64,000 bases of DNA, taken from the NCBI GenBank assembly GCA_030141605.1, contig JAQGDQ010000157.1, forward strand, positions 323,266 through 387,265, read 5' to 3'. Numbering within the stretch: the stretch's first letter is position 1; each line of letters opens with the position of its first letter. The notes below the pieces were generated by a model. That model worked only from the letters and a program-made list of their open reading frames with translations. It was not told the DNA's origin and made no database searches. The position numbers were made by a program, and so were the translations under genes. This stretch comes from Tubiluchus corallicola (taxonomy: Eukaryota; Animalia; Priapulida). Of this stretch, positions 57,214-64,000 are shown in pieces.

Positions 57214-58059
57214 CAAAATCACGTGACAACGCGTAGCCTAGATATTCAATAACTTTGGTAAGTCGGTTAATTTTGAGCGGAGTTTGTTAATAAAACTGTA
57301 AAAGTAAAATGCTACATGTTTTATGCTTTTGAGAAACATATTTGAAAATTCATTAATAAAAGCTGTCATGGTAGCAGCGAAGCTCTCTATATTTAACACA
57401 CATTTCACACCAGGCAGAGAATTCTCTATGTAAACGAGAATTAGCATTATAAAGTTAAACATGCAACGTTTTTAAAAAATTTCACAACAAACTGGCCGCT
57501 AAAAACACCACACTAGAATGATTAGCAGAGTATGCGTGGCTTTACTTTAGCCAAACTAAAATTAAACTTTAACATACTAGATGTGCAAGTTCATATTTTA
57601 TGAGTTTATTATACTATTTATGCTGCTGATACTGAACAGAGAGGCGGTAAATAACAATAAACAAAATCTACAGGAAACGTTGCACTTTTTGAACAGTTTG
57701 TAATAAAGTAAAACTAGTTTGACTAAAGTAATTCCACGCATACTCTGTTACTCATTATAGCGTGTTATTTTCGGCCGCTAGTTCGTTGTGAAATTTTTTA
57801 ACAACGTTGCATGTTTAACTTTATAATGCTAATTCTCGTTTACATAGAGAATTCTCTGCCTGGTGTGAAATGTGTGTTAAATATAGAGAGTTTCCCTGCT
57901 ACCATGACAGCTTTTATTAATGAATTTTCAAATATGTTTCTCAAAAGCATAAAACATGTAGCATTTTACTTTTACAGCTTTATTAACAAACTTCGCTCAC
58001 AATTAACAGACTTACCACAGTTATTGAATATCTAGGCTACGCATTGTCACGTGATTTTG
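57214..58059. mobile_element. 846-bp foldback/palindromic element with arms of about 350 bp
   Basis: Arms are reverse complements; the near-identical ORFs 57238-57462(-) and 57811-58035(+) are a by-product. Confidence 0.9.
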
Positions 58060-59344
58060 ACCCGTGAGAATAGTTTTAGGTTCATAGGAATCCATGGGTT
58101 CTCAGGTGATATATATTTAGAAGGTGTGAGAAGATTTGTGAAACGATTGCTGGAAAAAAGGATTATAGGAAGTAAACACTTTTTAGTCAACAATTTTCTG
58201 CGTCAAAAGCAAAAAGAGGGATTTTTAAAATCGAAATAAAATAAACTACGTTTTGTAATTTCTGTTTTTAAACTAGCAAAAGTTGCCAAATAATGATTAA
58301 CAACTTCGAAAATCCTACGTCTTAGCGCGGTTTTAAATCGGTTGGCCATTGTGAGAGTATGTCAAATTAAAAGAAATGATAAAATGGGTAATTATTTTAT
58401 TTCAAAGTACAGGACTTGCTATGAGGCATTCTCATAGACTTTGCAACCTAGCATGAACTTGTTTTGTAAATACCAGTATCTGTTTATTTTTTTATTATTA
58501 GCATATTACATTATTCCAATGTAGATAATTGTCACTGTTAATGGCAAAGTAAGCTGCCTGTGTTTGGTAGGACAAGTCTAAACTTCTCATGCAGATAAAA
58601 AACTATTTTTAATTTTTAGCGTAGCTCGTTGCGTTAATATAAATATCTCCGATCTTTTGCTTGCCATGCAGTCATACTGGTTAATGTGATTGTCGGAAAA
58701 AGTCCAAAAATTCATTTCTTGATTTACTATAAGAAATATAGGTCAACATATGACTGGCATTTTTGATTGTATGCTGGAGACGATTATGATATTATACTCT
58801 ATATTAAACTAACAAAGGCCAGTAGAATTTACAAAACTCCAAAGTAGATTTCGGTTTATGAAATAAGAATAGTAACGGACTCTTGAACTGCACGTTGCGT
58901 GAGGGTTTTGTTTGTTTTTCGTCAAAACCATTTTCACTTTTGTCGATGTAGTACAATTAAATAGTGCGATTTTAAACTTCATGATTTGATATTTCTTTTA
59001 GATAAACACGAGCATAATACTGAGTTTGAATAAGTTTCTTTCGTAACTGGAATTTTTGATATTTTTGCGCGGATAATCGCCCGGCGACTCTTTTTAATAG
59101 AGGCAACGCCATGCACACATTGATGATTATATTGTATTTCGCATGACTCAACTGAGCATACCCAGTAATTTAGGGTAATTTGTCTTGGAATTTGACATAG
59201 ACATACAAATAAAGCTTCATAAAACCACAAACTTTTCAGGTTTGAATAGAAATCACCATAATAAACCACAATCTTTAGGCAAGGCAGCGAAACGAACCGA
59301 ACAAACTAAATAACTAACTAGACAGCTAACCGGTTACCTAACCA

Positions 59345-59690
59345 GCGGCAGTGAGCATTCGGGCAGTGGACACTTGGGCAGTGGACACTTGGGCAGTGGA
59401 CACTTGACCAGTGGCATTTGGGTGGTGGTCATTTGGGCAGTGGCATTTGAGTAGTGGACACTTGGGATGTGGACTCTTGGCTTGTGGCACTTGGGCTATG
59501 GATGCTTAGACAGTGACACTTGAGCAGTGGCACTTGGGCAGTGGCATTTGGCTGTGGGTGCTTGGGCAGTGTACATTTCGGCTGTAGGACATGTAGATAG
59601 TGGGCAGTTAGGCGTGGCATTTGGGCAGTGGATACACTAAACGGCCCAAATGTCCACCGCTCAAATGTCCTCTGTCCAAGTGACTGAGAT
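59345..59690. repeat. 13-15-bp G-rich minisatellite (GGGCAGTGGACACTT) ending in inverted copies of the unit; probable DNA element
   Basis: Roughly 18-20 diverged units followed by GCCCAAATGTCC-type reverse copies. Confidence 0.7.
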
Positions 59691-60417
59691 TATTCGACCA
59701 AAGAACGTACCAATCACCAGTTTAACCAGCCAAACAACCTACTATGCAGTTAATTAACGTTTCACCCAGGCAGCCTACCAACATGTCGAACAGAAAAATG
59801 AATGAAATAACGAAACAAACAAACAAGCAAATAAACAAACGTGCAAAGTGCACTAACAGAAGGACATATAAATAAAATGGGAAACAATGAAGCAACTTCT
59901 TTTTGTCTTAGCGCAGGTAGCTAAGTACTTTTATTAAATCTTTCGTTTAGTTCACCTTGTATTCTAACACATTGTGATTCCTCTAATTGTTTTAATTATT
60001 TTAGTTAACAATTGGAATAATTACGTATATATTATGATGGACTTGTTTTCCTGTCAAACTGCAGTCCTGTAAATTTTGGAGCCCGAGACAACCAGGTCAG
60101 CATTTATTTGTTGTTTTCTAAAGGCAATTATTTCAAATAAATGTTTTTTTAAATCTTTCGTTTTGGTGCCATATCGTTTGGCGCACCTCATGAAACTATA
60201 TAACCAGTTTCTATCGTAGATGCATTGTTCACTGACCCAGCTTCCTCACCACTAAACAGTTCTGAGTGTTTTAGAAACTTCAACTGTAAAACTTTAGACA
60301 TTCTGCTCACTGACCTAAAGATAAACTGAGATATAAGAAATTGAACGGACAGCAGTAAGTTCACAAGAGGTCGTCTGAACTCATTTCATTTGTGAGGCAT
60401 GACATTGAGAATAGATG

Positions 60418-60570
60418 GGCATTTGTTTGTTGTTTGTTTATTTGCTTGCTTGCATGTTTGTTTATTTGTTCGTTTTGTTTGTTTGTTTGTTTGTTTGTTT
60501 GTTTGTTTTGTTCTTGCTGTCAATTCTTCTTTGTTGGTTTGTTTGTTTATTTCCTTGTTTTGTTTTTGCT
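60418..60570. repeat. (TTTG)n microsatellite/low complexity
   Basis: Direct inspection. Confidence 0.9.
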
Positions 60571-61252
60571 GCCTATTCTTCTTTCTTCGTTTGTCTTTTT
60601 CTTCATTCTATTGTCGTTCTATTTTCTTTCCTTCGGTTGATCTTCCTTCATCCCTACCTTTTTCATTCCTGATTTATTTATTTCATTATTTATTCCTTTC
60701 TTTACATTTTCTTAATGTGAAAATTCTAGTACATGCATAGCTTCGGCTTTACAACTAGTTGACTTCAGTGAGTGATTCTGTTTAGTATGGAAGTTCCACT
60801 GCTGCTGACCACAGAAAAAACTTAACAAAGAAACTGCAACTTAAGTTACGATAGCATCATCATCATCGTATGCCCGTTACGTCAATAGCAGACATTAGGC
60901 AGACAGAATTGTAAAATACACGTAGAAGAAATCCGGCCTCAAGACGGGTAAACACAGCAGTAGTCCAGCAAAAAACTATACACTGCTGTGCCAGTGGCTT
61001 ATCAGCACCACTTCCGTTTGATAACCTTTAACCTAGAAAAATTCAGGCCCCTGGCATTTCCGAAGCTCAAGATGACGCGTGACCCAGACAAGCATTTTTT
61101 TATAATTTATATAGCACAACCAATCAATTCCAAACGTATTATGTGCTTCTTGCTCCTACTTACTACTCTATGGCGTTAAAAAATGTTCTCTGCTGTCTCC
61201 CAAACTTATAATTAGAGAGCTAATAACTACCATTTTTTATTTCTTTTCACAG

Positions 61253-61505
61253 CTGTGGAGCTTACCCAAATAAGCTGCAAATACCTTGGAAACGAACGCT
61301 GTGGGAAAGCTACGTCATGAAGTCAGTCAGCGTGTGAAAAATCAATAATTGCGCGTTCAACCTACTTTTGGAAGAAACAACCTAATTTGTAGGGGTGACA
61401 GCAAAAATCAATGTTGTGATTTATTGACCCGCATACAAACGTGTTGTATTTGTGAAAACAATTGAAAATACATTTATACAGCTAATTCAGAAAGCAGTTA
61501 ACCTG
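61253..61505 (+). other. Candidate non-coding 5'-UTR exon of the downstream GPCR
   Basis: Strong acceptor (ttttttatttcttttcacag) and donor CTG|GTAAGA; no long ORF. Confidence 0.5.
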
Positions 61506-62103
61506 GTAAGAATCCATTCATTAAAATTGCTTTTGATTTACGATTGAATAAATCTGGTCGTCGAGCATTGCACGAAAAACAATCAGTGCTAATAAGCAGC
61601 GTTGTGTAGCGAATTGTTATAACCAAATCTGGTGCTTTTGTGTTTTTATAGACCAGATTCTTATTGCCTGATAAAAAACTTTATAGGATATGCCATTCAC
61701 TGGCGTACAATTGGATCATAAAGGGTAGTGAACTGCGTTTAGCTGTTTTACGTCAGTTTTCGATGTACTTGTGTACCTGTGTTATTCTGCACGCATGCAA
61801 GTTGATATATGGTTGAACCTGAAGTGTTGGTGGTAAAATAATAATAGTAATTCTGTGCGAAAAATGACAAAAAGGTGTTGGCGCTTTACAGCGAGCGAAA
61901 AGAGCATGACAGTTTGTTATGACTGGGGTCAGTTCGAACCGTGAAAAAAGTACTAAACCGTTTGAAACAACAGATAGGCTAGAATGATTCTTTTACCTAC
62001 ACCCATGTGCCAAAGACGTCATTTGTGACTAAGTGAGGTTTGGTGATTGTGACAAGTGGCAATTATCAACTGAGTTCTAGTTTCATCTGCAAGCTACAGC
62101 AAA

Positions 62104-63045
62104 ATGTTATCAGAAACCGATAAAACCCCGCTACTGTGGAGCAACGTAGCGCTAGCCGCTTCCTCTGCACTGGCAATAGTCCTCAACATTATCGCCGCCC
62201 TGGTGGTGTACCTGTGCAGGAGGAAAAGCAACAATAAATCGACCCAAAAGTTCCTCCTGGCTTTGACTCTCGAAGGAGTTGGGGTGTCCTTATTGCCGGG
62301 CGCCATCTATTCCATAACTCAGGTAATGAAATGGGAATGGGTGCAGCAAGTTTGTGGTGGACTTACTTGGAGCTTTGCTAGTTTGGCGTTCCTGCAGGCC
62401 GCAACTAGTACATCTGCGCTTTTGGACAGATTGTACGCCATACGATGGAGAATGCAGTACACGAAAAGAATCAACCAAAAAGATATTAAGTATCATTTGT
62501 TGGCTTGTTCTGTGGTTTGCGCTTGTCTGGGAGCAATTCCAACTTTTCTCAGGACTATTGAAAAGGTACATTGTCCATTTCTGCCTTACGATTTTACTTT
62601 CGGCTATGGCGCTTTTGTTTGTGTGATATACATATTCTTGCTAATCGTGACCACCGTGTCGCTAGTGTTGCTCTTTTTGACCATGAGGAAACTCAAATGG
62701 GAGGGCTGGAAAAACGATGTTTTTCTGGTGAATCAAACTGATTATAAGGAAGATCGCATTGCAAGAGTCGCCGAGAGTGACTACACGTCATCGTTGACCA
62801 GCTCTCTGAAACCACTGTCCACATTTTCCAGCTTGGCCAGCAGCACAAAGTTCGACAAAAGTGCTGACCTGAGCAATTTGAGTTACAGAGGAAACAACTC
62901 GCTTAATTTGAGCAATAGCAGTAGTTGGAATCGAAGACGCAAGGTGAGAGAAAAATTGGGAGGCATGGAGTCTTACACTGATCAATGGAAGACTATTGTT
63001 GTAATCACAATTGTGGACTATTTACTTCTGCATTCGCCATTACTG
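62104..63045 (+). CDS. Orphan class A GPCR, first coding exon (TM1-TM6); tentatively GPR153/GPR162-like; continues beyond the window
   Basis: Six hydrophobic segments, W-x4-C in ECL1, DRLYAIRW, CPFLPYDFTFGYG, Ser-rich ICL3; CTG|GTAAGA donor at 63045; TM7 not found in window. Confidence 0.8.
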
Positions 63046-64000
63046 GTAAGAATTTTTACCTTTTTAGTCAGAAAATTGCTACGTCATAACTAATCACGTC
63101 ATCAACAAATTTATTGTACGAGTTTGTGAATGCTTTGAAGGCACGTTTAGTTAAGTTTAGTTTAGTATATTAAGTAGCACAGATATAAATTTAATGAAAA
63201 AAATGGCTACTTAAAAGTTTACGGTTAAAAGCACAAAGAGTCAAGGCTACTTACGTATGCCTGTTAAAACATAAAATTAAATGATTTTAAGATTTACATA
63301 TTTGAAACATTTTTTAAAAAGTTTGCTATTCTGAGCAGAGACTGAGGGGGCACCGCCGACAGACTCAGAGAGTTGATTCCAGATTCTAATTATTCTGTTT
63401 GAGAAAAGGGTTTTAAAACTATCAAGTCGGCAGTGGGTTGTAACTTCCAGCGGCGACTCCTTGTTACATTAGATAAAGGCGCTTTGCTAAAAATACATCT
63501 TTGTCTATAGCACTGTCTCCAGGTAATATAGAATAACCTCTCTGAGGCTATTACATTACTTGACTTCGAGAAGCGCTAATGGAGATGTGACAGTGTGCGC
63601 CTCTCCAAGAATGCAAACTACTTCAAGAGCAGTGATTCGATCTAATTTCGTTACCAATGAACTCATTTATTGAACAGTAGGTTAATGAGTTCAGTACTGG
63701 AGGGAAAACAATGGTTTAGTTTACCTAAGTTTAGTATTTTTAGATACACGGTGATATAGTTTTTAGGCACAGATACTTAGTGACCGCAATTACACGGCTT
63801 TTACGGCAATACATGCCCACGTGATGCAATGACAATTAATTTTTTTTAAATAACGCCGCCACATACGATTAATAATAGGTCCCATTTTTTCATTTCTTAT
63901 CGGCAATGTCGGTGCTGCGTATGTGAGTAATGTCTAATGAAATCCTTGTGGTTTGAGAAAATATAAATCGCACATTGCTAATCTGTGTCAACACTCATCT

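Noticed and set aside
57238-58035. Two near-identical 74-aa ORFs on opposite strands as duplicated genes
   Set aside because: They are the two arms of a palindrome; AT-rich with no recognisable motif.
60392-60740. Hydrophobic multi-TM-looking ORFs
   Set aside because: Translation of (TTTG)n low-complexity DNA.

Overview
AT-rich animal (probably protostome invertebrate) genomic DNA, not prokaryotic. Most of the window (2585-52422, + strand) is one gene with 21 coding exons that I assembled by hand into an 873-aa TBCK orthologue (pseudokinase + TBC/Rab-GAP + rhodanese-like domain). Every junction is phase-compatible and one intron is U12-type. Two large TBCK introns each hold a tandem array of intronless receptor genes on the same strand as the host. 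Intron 7 has two intact divergent ionotropic receptors (iGluR/IR-like, no ATD) plus a 5'-truncated pseudogene. Intron 16 has four rhodopsin-family GPCRs with non-canonical motifs, the last interrupted by a single TAG in ICL3. A further intron-containing orphan class A GPCR starts at 62104, with candidate 5'-UTR exons and promoter near 56.4 kb. The rest is dense with non-autonomous hAT and Tc1/mariner/pogo elements, LINE and Penelope remnants (one with a hammerhead-like motif), an 846-bp foldback and several tandem repeats. Homology calls come from motif recognition and remembered reference sequences; no database searches were run.
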